Assembly: GCA_009103225.1 (NCBI GenBank)
Contig: RHPI01003516.1
Span: forward strand, 24,062 to 88,061
DNA length: 64,000 bases
Direction of reading: 5' to 3'
Origin: Chlorokybus atmophyticus
Taxonomy: Eukaryota; Plantae; Mesostigma and Chlorokybus algae
Shown piece after piece: positions 11,754-23,628 of the stretch. The position numbers and the translations under genes were made by a program. The notes under the pieces are model-generated. The model ran no database searches and was not told where the DNA came from. It saw only the letters and a list, made by a program, of their open reading frames with translations. Every line of letters starts with the position of its first letter. The first letter of the stretch is position 1.

Positions 11754-14522
11754 ATGAAGCAGGATGGGGTCGTGTGCATGGAGGGCGCTAAGCATGGAGG
11801 GCTCTACCTGGTACGACAACCTTGTCATATGCAAGCCTTGGTGGTGAAGGAGAAGGAGACTGCGGAGCTCTGGCATCGAAGGTTCGGGCACTTGGGCTAC
11901 GGCAATCTCACTCAGTTGGTCTCAAAAGACATGGTTGTTGGCATCAACCTGAAGAAAGAAGACTTTGAAACCGCATCAGGTGTGCACTGTGAACCATGTG
12001 TGTTGGCGAAGCAGCATCGCGTGCCTTTCCCGTCATCTTCATCGCATAGTCAGCATCCTGGCGAGCTTGTGCATATGGATGTTTGCGGGCCTATGCGCGT
12101 TGTGGCGAAGGGAGGGGTAAGGTACTTTGCGACATTCCTCGACGACTACAGCAAGCTTTCCATCATCTTCCCATTGAAGGTGAAGTCTGAAGTTGCTGGA
12201 GCTGTGCGTACGGTCGTGGCATTGCTAGAGACACAAGGTGGCAAGAAGGTGAAAGCAATGCGGAGTGATCGAGGAGGGGAGTACATCAACAACGAGTTGA
12301 AGGAGTACTTCGCCAGCAAAGGCATAAGCCGCGAGACAACGGCACCCTACACCCCGCAGCAGAATGGAGCTGTTGAGCGTCTGAACCGGACCCTGATGGA
12401 GCGGATACGAGCCATGCACAACGACAATCAGCCGGAAGACAGTTTGTGGAGTGAAGCTGTCCTCACCGCCAACCATATACGCAATCGGTCACCTGTGAGT
12501 TCTGAGCAGAAGACACCGTGGGAGCTCTTCTACGGCACTGCACCCGATGTGAGTGGCATGCGTGTGTTCGGGTGCATAGCATATGCACTGGTGCCCAAAG
12601 CTTTAAGGCACAAGTTGGAGCCAGTTAGCCAGAAAGGCGTTTTTGTTGGCTATGAGCCGGGTTCCAAGGCTTGCCGGATTCTGCTGGAGAAAGAGCAAAA
12701 GGTCATTATAAGCAGAGATGTGGTGTTCCATGAGGGTTCATCACATAGTGAAGCGGGTTTCTACCCCAAAGATGAAGATGAAGCACAGGCGCAGAAGTCT
12801 TTTAAGTATGTGGAGACTGAAAGAGGCGCGGCTGTCATCGACATGGGCGCGAAGGAGAAGGACTTGGCTGTGGCTATCAATGAAGAGCGGTATCAGCATC
12901 AGTCATCTCGGAGGTACCCTGAGAGGGAGAGAAACGAGCCAGACTTCTTCCACAAGGCACTTGCAGCAAAAGTGCATGAGGACAGTGAAGAGCCAAGCAC
13001 CTACTTGGAGGCATTGCGGGCACCTGATGCAGAGCAATGGCAGCGAGCTATGGACGAGGAGATTGCGTCACTCCATGCCAACAACACTTGGCTGGTGGAG
13101 AAGCTCCCTGAAGGTGCGAAAGCTATCCCTGTCAAATGGATCTTCAAGGTGAAGCGTGATGGTCAAGGCAACATCGAGCGATACAAAGCAAGGTTGGTGG
13201 CAAAGGGCTTTATGCAGCAAGAGGGAGTGGACTTTATTGAAGTCTTCGCGCCTTCAAGTAAGCATGTCACCTTTCGGGCATGGTTGGCTATGGTTACTGC
13301 GGATAATCTAGAGATGCATCACCTCGATGTGAAGACTGCATTCCTCTACGGAGAGCTGGAGGAGGAGAACTACATTGAGCAACCACCTGGCTATGAAGAA
13401 GGCGAGCGCGGTACGGCCTGCAAGCTGATTAAGGCGTTATATGGGCAACGACAAGCACCCCGTATGTGGCACATCAAGTTGACTCAAGAGCTTGAGTCAC
13501 AAGGCTTCAAGGCATCTACTGCGGATCCGGGGCTCTTCCTCTATGATGAGAAGAAGGTGTGGCTACTCGTGTATGTGGACGACATCATCGTCACTGCTAG
13601 GCAGGTGGAGAACCTGCAAGAAACAAAGCTAGCGCTGCAGCAAGCATTTTCTGTTCGTGATCTCGGGGAGGCCAAATGGTTCCTTGGCATGGTGATCGAG
13701 AGGGACAGGGCTGCGCGTACAATTAAGATCAGCCAGGAGCAGATGGTGAAAAGACTTACAGCCAAGTTTGGGATGACTGAGGCAAAGACCAAGTCTACAC
13801 CTCTGGCGGTTGGTACAAGCCTCATTAAGGCAAAGGACGGGGAGATACTCAACAAGGCTCAATATCCATACGGTGAGCTTGTAGGCAGCATGCTCTACTT
13901 GGCAGTGTGCACACGGCCGGATATTGCACATGCTATTGGAGTTCTTGCTCGCTACATGTCTGCACCATCGCTTGAGCACTGGAAGGCTGCAAAGGCAGTA
14001 CTACGCTATGTGGCTGGGAGCGCTACTGTTGGCATCAAGTTTGGTCGCGGTAATATGGAGTTGATGGGATATTGCGACTCTGACTTTGCTGGGGACCTTG
14101 ATAGCCGAAGGTCTACTACGGGCTATGTGTTCATGCTCAATGGAGGAGTTGTGAGCTGGAACAGCAGGCTACAGCCAACGACGGCGGCATCCACATCTGA
14201 GGCGGAGTACATGGCAACAGCAGCAGCAGTGAAGGAGGTATTGTGGCTTCGCAAGCTGATGGCAGATCTTAAGCATCCCATGGCATGCATCATGATCAAC
14301 TGCGACAATCAGGGCGCCATCAAGTTGCTGAAGCACCCCATTGCGTTTTCACGCACGAAGCACATTGATGTTACGCATCATTTTGTGCGAGACAGAGTCA
14401 CCAGGAAGCAGATTGCCTTTCAATACTGCAACACTGAAGACATGCTCGCAAACTTTATGACCAAGCCATTATCACCGGTGAAGTTCAAGGCATGTTGTGT
14501 TGGTCTTGGTATTTGTGTCTGA
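11754..14522 (+). CDS. Copia A pol (GAG-pre-integrase, integrase, RT, RNase H)
   Basis: 922-aa ORF with LWHRRFGH, HMDVCGP, RSDRGGEY, YKARLVAKG, VYVDD, YCDSD and TKHIDV motifs. Confidence 0.95.
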   Translation: MKQDGVVCMEGAKHGGLYLVRQPCHMQALVVKEKETAELWHRRFGHLGYGNLTQLVSKDMVVGINLKKEDFETASGVHCEPCVLAKQHRVPFPSSSSHSQHPGELVHMDVCGPMRVVAKGGVRYFATFLDDYSKLSIIFPLKVKSEVAGAVRTVVALLETQGGKKVKAMRSDRGGEYINNELKEYFASKGISRETTAPYTPQQNGAVERLNRTLMERIRAMHNDNQPEDSLWSEAVLTANHIRNRSPVSSEQKTPWELFYGTAPDVSGMRVFGCIAYALVPKALRHKLEPVSQKGVFVGYEPGSKACRILLEKEQKVIISRDVVFHEGSSHSEAGFYPKDEDEAQAQKSFKYVETERGAAVIDMGAKEKDLAVAINEERYQHQSSRRYPERERNEPDFFHKALAAKVHEDSEEPSTYLEALRAPDAEQWQRAMDEEIASLHANNTWLVEKLPEGAKAIPVKWIFKVKRDGQGNIERYKARLVAKGFMQQEGVDFIEVFAPSSKHVTFRAWLAMVTADNLEMHHLDVKTAFLYGELEEENYIEQPPGYEEGERGTACKLIKALYGQRQAPRMWHIKLTQELESQGFKASTADPGLFLYDEKKVWLLVYVDDIIVTARQVENLQETKLALQQAFSVRDLGEAKWFLGMVIERDRAARTIKISQEQMVKRLTAKFGMTEAKTKSTPLAVGTSLIKAKDGEILNKAQYPYGELVGSMLYLAVCTRPDIAHAIGVLARYMSAPSLEHWKAAKAVLRYVAGSATVGIKFGRGNMELMGYCDSDFAGDLDSRRSTTGYVFMLNGGVVSWNSRLQPTTAASTSEAEYMATAAAVKEVLWLRKLMADLKHPMACIMINCDNQGAIKLLKHPIAFSRTKHIDVTHHFVRDRVTRKQIAFQYCNTEDMLANFMTKPLSPVKFKACCVGLGICV

Positions 14523-14555
14523 GCAGGAGCTTGAGTCAAGCTGCCTGCGTGAGAG

Positions 14556-15052
14556 TGTTGACGGACGACATCCAGTCAGCCTGACTCCCATAGACTAAGG
14601 CATTGAGTGTTAGAAATGGCTAAGTCCTTGTGCACGTCGCACTTGCAATACGAGGACTGATATTGAGCAGTTGTGAGTCTAGAGCTCGATATCGGTACAG
14701 ACTGCTGGCGGACACTCGAAGACTCCGGACTTGGGAGCATCTGGAAGAGTCTGGCGACAGGCCAGAGCTTTGGTAGAAGTTGCAGAACTTCGTGGCTACT
14801 TAGTTGCAAGAAACGTGGCATAGCTTGTTGGAAAGGTCTTGAAGCTGGCTACGTGGAGCAACTTAGAGCACCTCAATAGGACGCTTGTAGAAGGCGCAGG
14901 ATCTTCTAGAGTAGAGGTGTGTAGTCTGGCTAAGTATATAAGCTAGCGGACTACACTTGCTTGAACGGAATAGTGATTGCTTTTAGCCCAAGCCTTGGCG
15001 GCTGTTGTGTTGTATGTGTCATGCCCTGCCCTGCTGCATGTGTCCAATAGCT
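14556..15052 (+). repeat. Copia A 3' LTR
   Basis: Direct repeat of 10002-10498, ending at an N. Confidence 0.9.
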
Positions 15053-15327
15053 NATGCCTACATGGCAGGGATCTTGCGAGTCCCCACCATTACTCACGAC
15101 ATGCGGCGACAGCTACTACGCGCCGTATACCTGCAGCCCATGCCTTAATATCATCACTGGACCGACACGGACACCGAGCCCACGGCCACGTGGGAAGGGA
15201 CGTTGGTCAGAGAAGCGGCTTATGCTGTCCGATGGACGTACGCCGCGGAGCAAGCTGAACGCGAGGCAGGCCCACAAGCACCGGGTCCTCCGGGGTTTCC
15301 TCCACAGCCATTGGTACACCCGCGGGC

Positions 15328-15973
15328 ATGATTCCATCTTCGCAGAGGCAGCATCCACCTGCGCCGCCACCACAATCGGCGCCGGAACCTCCAGCACCGA
15401 GGCCCCCCCGTGTCTACCAACCACCACGACAAGGTCGGTTCGGCAGAGGGAGAGGGCAAAGAGGGGGTTCTCCATACCCAGCATGCAGAGGAGCTCTGGC
15501 TGCCATGCGCTCAGCACCCCCAGCTGAGAGAAATGAGGCAAAGGTGCAGACAGCTCGTATGAAGAGGCTGCGCATCAATGCCAACGTTGCCATGGTGGCC
15601 AACCAAGGCAAGCACGTTACCATTAACGGCCTGGCACCCAAGCGAGTGATGTTGGACACCGGAGCACAGCCTGTCATCATCGGGCGTTTCCTTGCGCGGT
15701 CCCTCGGCATAACCAGCTCCGACTTGGTGCCTTGCCCGTACGTGTTGAACACGGCCACAGGTACGTAGCCGAGATAAGGTGATGGGAGTCACCAGGGAAG
15801 CCTTTTGCATTCGGTTGACAGGGCTGGACCCCACCCACACAACCGAGATCGTCCAGCAATGTGTAGTCACTAATGCCGGCTCCTTCGACTTTTGTGCTTG
15901 GGCAGGACTTCAACTTTCCTGTGGGCCTCGACTGCTGAACAGAGCAGGCGTGGTTTCGGCCACATTGGGATGA
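15328..15973 (+). pseudogene. Retroviral-type aspartic protease of the Ty3-DNMT element
   Basis: VMLDTGAQPVIIG motif, frameshifted C-terminal part. Confidence 0.8.
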
Positions 15974-16199
15974 GGATGACGGAGAGGTGCAGGGTGTTCT
16001 GCCTCTCGAGTTGGTCTCGCGCACGCGCGCCCAGCGTAAAGTGGCTGCCGTGGCCACACGCAGCCACGCCCTCACACGGGAGGCTGCAATGGCCACATAC
16101 AACGGCGCTCGGACGCAAGTCGCTGCTGGTGCCACAGCCCCGTGTTGAACCGTTGATCCCTCTCCCACCCCGTACAACGAGGAGCAGGAGGATGCCACC

Positions 16200-17354
16200 G
16201 TGGAAGTAGCATTGCAAGACCCAGCTGAACGGCGCTTGCGCGCACAGATGGACGCACACGTCTTGCTCGCCCATCCACTGACCACCACGCGCTTCCCCAA
16301 CTACCGAAGCCACAACAAGGTGCAGGACCACCATATGGTGGCCACCGTAGTGGTGGAGTTCCACACCTTTCGCAGGCAACAGGGCATCACAGTGTTGGAG
16401 CTGTTTGGAGGCATTGGCAGCGGTCTTGCCGCGGTCCTCAACACGGGTGTGAAGGTTGTCAAGTACCATTACTGCGACGCAGACCCACACGCGCAAACGG
16501 TCCTCAAGCACCACTTACGCCAACTGCACGAAAGGTATTCGCATCAACTACCCCTACCGGCGTTGCAAGGCAGCCTCAAAGCATTGGCACAAGACATCCG
16601 GCTGATCACCGAAGATCACCTACTGTCCCTCGGCAACGTCGACCTATTAATAGCTGGGTGGGAACGCCAAGAGCACTCCAGGGCAGGCAAGGGGCAAGGC
16701 CTCGAACACCCTTGCTCAGAGCTGTTTTGGGAGCTGATGAGAATCATCCACCTCCTTCAACACCACCAGATCTCCAGACCCCTGGGGTACGTCATCGAAA
16801 ATGTGCATTCAGAGGACAACAAGCGTCTGCACGTAGCCTCCAGCTACCGACAAGTTTGCTCCATTCTGGGGCACCCAGTCAAGGTGAACGCTGCACGACA
16901 TGGCTCGCGCGCACATCGTGTACGTGCCAAATGGACAAACCTGGCCGCCGTGGAGGAACTCATAACCGCAGAAGGCCTCACCAACCAAGACGCCGATGGC
17001 CTCAGTCGCAACTCTCACCTCAGCACCAACGACGCAACTGGAGCTCGGCATGAGCTCGTCCCTGCAGCAACAGCCCCCACCATGGCAGCCATGTTTGCTG
17101 CTGCCGTATTGCGCTCAGGGCGCAAGACCAACACCACGGCCTCAGCAGTGGCAGAGGAAATTCCTGCCCTTGAGCCTACCGGCCCTGCGGCAACCACACC
17201 CTTGGGAGACGCCCACGCAGCCGACATTGACGTCGATAACACAGAGCTGGGGCCCACTGACACCAGGCGGGACATATGGCAGGACAAGCCATCACTCTCC
17301 TTTTTTCAAAGTGGCCAGCTTCCCTCCGGCATGAGCGCCCGAGAGAAGGACTGA
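16200..17354 (+). pseudogene. C5 DNA cytosine methyltransferase (partial) within the retroelement pol
   Basis: Motif I VLELFGGIG, motif IV DLLIAGWERQ (catalytic Cys position is Arg), motif VI YVIENV, motif VIII HRVRAKWTN. C-terminal motifs absent. Confidence 0.85.
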
Positions 17355-18722
17355 GTCAACCAACGCACCCGCCACTATCGATGGGCAGGTGACAAGCTGT
17401 ATCGCCGCTTCCACGACAAAGACAAGGAAGTGCCGACACAGGTCACGCGCGAGGGCATCATCACTTCCCTCCACACTGAGCTTGGACACTTCGGTGTCAA
17501 GTGTACAGTCAACCTGGTGAGGGCACAATATTGGTGGTATGGGTTAACAAAACAGGTGCAGGGGTTCGTCAGCCACTGCCATCAGTGTGACATGGTGCGC
17601 GCCAGCCTCAACACGCGTAGCGCCACCTTGCACCCACTCCCCATCTCCGGTCTCTTTTACCGATGAGGGCTCGATATCTTGGGGGACTTGGCACCCTCAG
17701 CGCGTGGCAACCGTTACATCCTGGTCATGATCGAGCACTTCTCCAAATGGGTGGAGCTGGTACCATTACCCAACAAGAGCAGCAGGGGGGTGTCTAAAGC
17801 CTTCCTCTCTCACGTTCTCAGCCGATTGGGCAGCTGTGCCGAGGTCATCACTGACCAAGGTACTGAGTTCAGAGGGGAATTCGACACCCTATTGGACAAA
17901 TGTTACATCGACCACCGCCGTACCTCGCGTGATTACCCTCAAGCCGCCGGTCTCGCCGAGCGTACAGTGCAGACCATCAAGAAGGCACTCCGCAAGTACG
18001 AGAAGAACACTTGGGATGACCACCTCCCGTGGGTGGCCCTCGGATATCAATTGTCAAAGCAGGCGGCTCTGCGGGAGTACAGCCCGTACTACCTGCTGTT
18101 CGGGCGACCACCATTGCTCCCCTTCCGTGCGCAGCAGGAGGTGGATCGCGTTATGAACAACCTCGACGACCCTGACTGGATGCACCACGACATCACCAAG
18201 CGCGCCATGCTTTTCGAGCGCACCGTCCCCATGGCCTTCAACAACCTGCGCATCGTGGAGCATCGCGTCACGCTGCGCTACGAGCGCATACGCAGCGGCT
18301 TCTACAAGAAGCGCCAACGGCGGTTCCAAGCGGGGGACTTTACCTATCGCATGGCAGCCACCAAAGACACGCTTGACACCTCCGTAGGCCGCACCGTCTA
18401 CAAGGTACTCAAAGGGTACCCCACAGGGGTGCTGGACCTCCTTGGTCAAAATGGAGAGAGGTTGAAGGACAACATGGTGAACTGTGCGCCATGTCACCTT
18501 CCTTACGTAGCCAGCTTCGGGCGTATCCAGCACCCTCGTCCCGCGCGCAGCACACGCTGTGAACGCTACGGCAGCGCCGGCGACGACGCACTCATGATGC
18601 TTTGCGATGGCTGCAACAAGGGCCTGCATTGCTACTGCCTGAAGCCACCTTTGGACGCGATACCTATGGAGGAGTATTGGTGCGACGATTGCCGTACCAA
18701 CGGCCCTCCTCACTTGCGCTAG
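17355..18722 (+). pseudogene. Ty3 integrase (HHCC + DDE core) with C-terminal PHD finger
   Basis: LHTELGHFG...CHQC, ITDQGTEF, GLAER and MLCDGCNKGLHCYCLKPPL...YWCDDC motifs. Stops at 17352 and 17664. Confidence 0.92.
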
Positions 18723-18771
18723 CAGCTGAGCTCTGGTGCTGGAACCTCCCCCAGAGCCCAGGGGGGGTGGC

Positions 18772-19834
18772 TTGTTGACTTTGTGTGCTACAGCACAGCA
18801 TGTACATTATAATTAGGGAGAACACCGACTCCACCTGCCCGTACTACCCAGCAGCAGCAGACCAGCTGCACAAAGCACTTGTCACCATGAGGGTTGGGGT
18901 CATCTTTTGTTTTTGCTGCGCGTTACACAGGTGGCGCAGCAGCATGTCCAGCAAGCATGGCTGTCCATGCAGCTGTCCGAGACAGCGTAACCCTCGACTC
19001 CCCTCGACCCGACAGCTGTCATGCCTATTGCCCGGGCATGCCAGTCATCATCGGGCATGCCTACAGCGAGACCCTCGCCCGGCTTACCCGCATGGCGACC
19101 CGTGCGCGTCACTGACCAGTAGCTAGGTCATGTCTCTAGAGTAGCTCATGACCATAGCCTACATAGGCACCGCGCGTAGCTGTTCAGTTGTGAGTTGGGT
19201 TCTATATCGAGTGGGGATTTCCTGTGGAAATAGCCTCGATATGGCCGTTAGCTTATGTTCTGGACAGTCATGAGTTGACTTGTATAAGTAGGCACAGTGT
19301 TCCCCGGATCAGCTGGTGACACTGTAAGTGAGAAAGCAAAGAGCTTGTGAAGCGACTTGAACTACGAAACACGCCGTCCCGGTTCCCCAGAATCCCCTCA
19401 CCGTGTGAGAGCCTGTGCATGTTCTTGTGCACTGTGCTTGTCCTTGTTGTGAGCTTGGTGTACTTGGTGGCGGGGTGCTTGTTGGCATCAGTCAGGGCAT
19501 AGCATCCACGTGTTGCTTGCTCATTCACCTCACTTAACAGTGTAATTTCTCTTCCACTCATGCAAAGAACTATGTAAACAGCGCTACCTATAGTAGTGGC
19601 TTGACTTTGTGTGCTACAGCACAGCATGTACACCAGGGAGAACACCGACTCCACCTGCCCGTACTACCCAGCAGCAACAGATCAGCTGCACAAAGCACTT
19701 GTCACCATGAGGGTTGCGGTCATCTTTTGTTTTTGCTACGCGTTACACAGGTGGCGCAGCAGCATGTTAAGCAAGCATGGCTGTCCATGCAGCTGTCCGA
19801 GACAGCGTGACCCTCGACTCCCCTCGACCCGACA
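18772..19834 (+). repeat. A-B-A 3' terminal repeat of the Ty3-DNMT element
   Basis: A 18772-19014, B 19017-19600, A 19601-19834. The same layout occurs at 34621-35670. Confidence 0.85.
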
Positions 19835-20028
19835 TACTTCAGCACGTACTTGCGGAGTGCCTTTTTAATGGTTTGTACTATCCGCTCGGCAAGACTGTCG
19901 GCTTGAGGGTGGTCACAAGAAGTGCGGCAATGATCGATGTAGCATCTGTCCAGCAGGGTGTCGAATGTTGAGATGCAAGCTTCCGAGGCATTGACACACA
20001 ACACAACACCCTCAAACCGTCTGTGCAA
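19835..20028 (-). pseudogene. Ty3 integrase fragment (target of the upstream element)
   Basis: FDTLLDRCYIDHCRTSCDHPQADSLAERIVQTIKKALRKYVLKY. Confidence 0.85.
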
Positions 20029-20169
20029 GCAAAAAAAGACCAGACCAGACTAGACTACGCCAGACCAGACCAGTCCAGACCATGCTTAGGCCAAGGCTTC
20101 TGCCGCCACCAGACTTAAGCAACAGCAAAGTGAACCATAATAAACGTGTGTGGGCGTCCCCTTATACCC

Positions 20170-20645
20170 AATAATGGTTAAAATACAAAGAACTTGATAT
20201 ACAAGCTTAAAATAATATACAAGGCGGGTCTGGTCAACATAAAACCCAAAAATAGTCTTAAACGGTCTAAACTGTGAGGACTGACGGTTTCTAACGAAAC
20301 GGTCATGACTAGAGTTTACTAAATACGAAAGTCATGAGTACTTAGCTAGACTAAGCTGACTGGAGTCTAAGGACGGCTAAACCTGATCCTAAACTCCAAC
20401 ACTCAGCTAGATTAAGCTGACTAGAGTCTAAGGACCGCTAAACCTGGTCCTAACCTGCAACACTTAGCTAGACTAAGCTGACTGGAGTCTAAGGACGGCT
20501 AAACCTGGTCCTAACTTTCAACACTTAGCTAGACAAACGTGACTGGAGTCTAAGGACGGCTAAACCTGGTCATAAACTCCAACACTTAGCTAGACTAAGC
20601 TGACTGGAGTCTAAAGACGGCTAAACCTGGTCCTAAACTTCAACA
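20170..20645 (-). repeat. Copia B 3' LTR with about 60-bp tandem repeats
   Basis: Five units of ACACTTAGCTAGACTAAGCTGACTGGAGTCTAAGGACGGCTAAACCTGG. Lower boundary approximate. Confidence 0.8.
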
Positions 20646-20659
20646 CTCCCACACAGGCA

Positions 20660-22132
20660 GCTTAGTGGATTCCTAGACCCATGCAGCAGGTCTTAAACTT
20701 GGCAGAAGTCAAAGCCTTCGTCATAAAGTCTGCAAGCATGTCTTTGGTCTTGCAATAGATGAACTCCACCTCTCCACGCCACCGCTTAAAGTAATGCATG
20801 ACATCAATGTGCTTAATCCTAACTGAAGCAATGGGGTGCTTCAGAAGCTGAATAGCCCCTTAATTGTCGCAGTGCATGGAAATGACAGTCTGGTCTAGAC
20901 TCAAGTCTGCAACCAGCTTCGCGCAACCAAAGCCCCTCTTTAACTGCCTGGGATGCAGCCATGTACTCCGCCTTGGTAGCAGACACTGCAACAGTGGGCT
21001 GAAGCTTGCTGCTTTAGCTGATGACTCCACCATTCATCAGATATGTGTAGCCCGTGGTAGACCTCCTGGAGTCTAAGTCTCCTGCGTAGTCTGCATCGCA
21101 GTAGCCCTCAAGACCTGTTAGTCCTCCACCAAAAGTAATGTCGACACTGGAAGTCCTAGCCACATAGCGCATGCACGCCTTTGCAGCCCTCCAATGTTCC
21201 ATGGTAGGCGCAGACATGTACCTGGCTAAGACTTTCACGGCATGGAAATGTCCGGCATAGTGACTGACAAGTACAAAAGACTCCCAACCAAAGTGCTGTA
21301 GGGGTACTGAGTCTTGTCTAGCAGATCTGCCTCACTTTCGGACTTCACAAGTCTGACTCCTACCGCCAAGGGTGTAGCCTTAACCTTGGCCTCTTGCAGC
21401 CCAAAGTTGTCCACAAGTCTGCAAACCATCTGCTTCTGACTGATATTGGCAGTCTTAGACCGCCTATCCCTGTCAATAACAATGCCCAGGAAGTACTTGG
21501 CCTCTCCAAGGTCGCGGACATCAAAGGCCTTCCTCAAGCCAGCCTTGACTCCCTCCAAGTCCTTCAAGTCTTGAGCAAAAACGAGGATGTCATCATCATA
21601 AACCAAAAGCCAGACCTGTAGCTCTCCAAAAAATAAAGAGTCTTAGGTCTGCAGTCCTGGGGCTAATAACCCCCAGCAGCTCAAACTCCTTGCTTAAGCG
21701 GATGTGCCAAACCCTGGGCGCCTGCTTAAGACCATACAAGGCCTTCACAAGTTTGCATGCCATATCTGGACCTCCCTCGTGGTAGCCCTTGGGTTGTTGC
21801 ACAAAGATGTCCTCTTCGAGCTCGCCGTAGAGGAACGCGGTCTTACATCAAGATGGTGCAGCTCCAGGTCTTGAGCAACCACCAAAGCTAGCATGGTGCG
21901 GAATGTTGTGTGCTTGCTAGCTGGAGCAAAGATCTCATTCAGATCAATGCCCTCTTGCTGAAGAAAGCCCTTCGCGACAAGCCTCGCCTTGTAGCGCTCA
22001 ATGTTGCCTTGCCCATCTTTCTTGATTTTGTTGACCCACTTGAACGTGATGGGTCTAATGTCACCCGGGATAGTCTCAACACTCCAGGTCTGTTTGGCTA
22101 GTGGAGAAGCAACCTCCTTATCCATTGCCTTC
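20660..22132 (-). pseudogene. Copia B RT/RNase H remnants
   Basis: YKARLVAKG, LYGLKQAPR, VYDDD and YCDADYAGDLD motifs across several frames. Confidence 0.92.
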
Positions 22133-22843
22133 CATTGCATTCCGTTTACGCAGGACGACTTTCCCTACTACTACTACGAAGTTGTCAGAGTACCGGCTGG
22201 AACTGGTCGATCGGTGTCAGAACTGAAGTCAACTTACTTAGGGTTAAGCACTGCAAACAGCAGTTAACGTCGCGTCGGAAGTCTTTTCTCAGTTTAACCT
22301 GGGTTAGCTGAAGCCCTAGATTACGCATTGCACTGCACGCAGCGGCCTGGTCGGCATGGTGGCGGAGGTGATGGGGTCGGCATGGCGGCGGCGGCGGCGA
22401 AGGCTTGTAGAGGGATCTGACGTGCTGGTTAGCTTATAGCTAACTTTACAAAGGCGTGGCGCTGCATTTGCCAGCGCAACAAGCTGCCTGAGCTAGGACT
22501 TGGATGCCAAGCGTGCAGCTAGCTTGCACTGCCAGCTTGCACTGCCAGGCGTTGCAGGCTGGCACTTCAAGCATGGTCTGCTCAACGAATAAACTTTGCA
22601 AGTAAGCTTACTATTCAAGTAGTCATTCTCTATGCTTGCTCACTAATACTAGTAACATTACATGCACTGACAATGTGCATTGCTTCATTTGCCTGGTCAG
22701 CAGGCAACAGTGCCGCACACAGACACTGGCTGTGTGCGGTGTGTGCTCACCACACATTATACAACTATAGCAATAGAGTTTTGCACACGCTTACAAGCTG
22801 CTAACGAGGCTATGCTTGCACGCTGCTGCTTGCTGCTGCACAG

Positions 22844-23012
<169 letters not shown>

Positions 23013-23151
23013 NGGAGGTCTGCTTTGGATCGAGGACTGCTTAGTCACGCACAACTGAAGCCAATGCGCGAGGTACGCCTTGGTGCGGGCATGTGCTTGA
23101 ATGCAGGCTTTGTTGCATGGTGGGTTGAGTTAATGTGAATGCTTGTTGCAG

Positions 23152-23473
23152 TTTCTTCAACGTGGCATCATCCCATGCGCAAATCGATTAATTGCTGCAT
23201 CGCACAAGTTGAACGAAGAAGCGGAGACAATCCTACCTATCAAGACATCTACCGAACCATGTCGGGACGAGGATGGCACCATTGTTGACGTCTCCACAGG
23301 CCAATACGTGTCATTAGTTCGTCTGCTGCAGTTGCTGATTCCGCATTACCATGCCTTGAAGCCGCACGTGTTTGCTCCATCCACTTGTTTGCTCATTACC
23401 ATGCCTTGAAGCCGCACGTGTTTGCTCCAGCCAGCCAGCCCCCCCCCTCTCTCTCCCTCTCTCTCTCTCCCTC

Positions 23474-23506
<33 letters not shown>

Positions 23507-23544
23507 NNNNNNNNNNNNNNNNNNNNNNNNNNNNNNNNNNNNNN

Positions 23545-23628
<84 letters not shown>

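Larger units (their letters stand above)
10002..15052 (+). mobile_element. Ty1/Copia LTR retrotransposon A (3' LTR truncated at N 15053)
   Basis: Near-identical LTRs starting TGTTGACGG at 10002 and 14556, PBS, and gag-PR-INT-RT-RH domain order. Confidence 0.95.
8171..19834 (+). mobile_element. Ty3/gypsy-like retroelement with DNMT and PHD, internally deleted (no RT/RNaseH), with nested Copia
   Basis: Order gag-like, protease (LDTGAQ), C5-MTase motifs, integrase HHCC and core, PHD, then terminal repeats. Homologous copies at 32478-35670 and 63464-64000. Confidence 0.85.

Noticed and set aside
18054-18713. Long antisense ORFs (also 142-570, 8247-8972, 33943-34674, 44649-45350)
   Set aside because: Shadow frames opposite clearly identified coding sequences.
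18772-19834. DIRS/Ngaro tyrosine-recombinase element call
   Set aside because: The element encodes a DDE integrase, no YR motifs were seen, and the ends are TG...CA with an apparent TSD.
20338-20645. Regular 60-bp repeats resembling a CRISPR array (also 32229-32477)
   Set aside because: No unique spacers and no cas genes; they lie within Copia LTRs in eukaryotic DNA.
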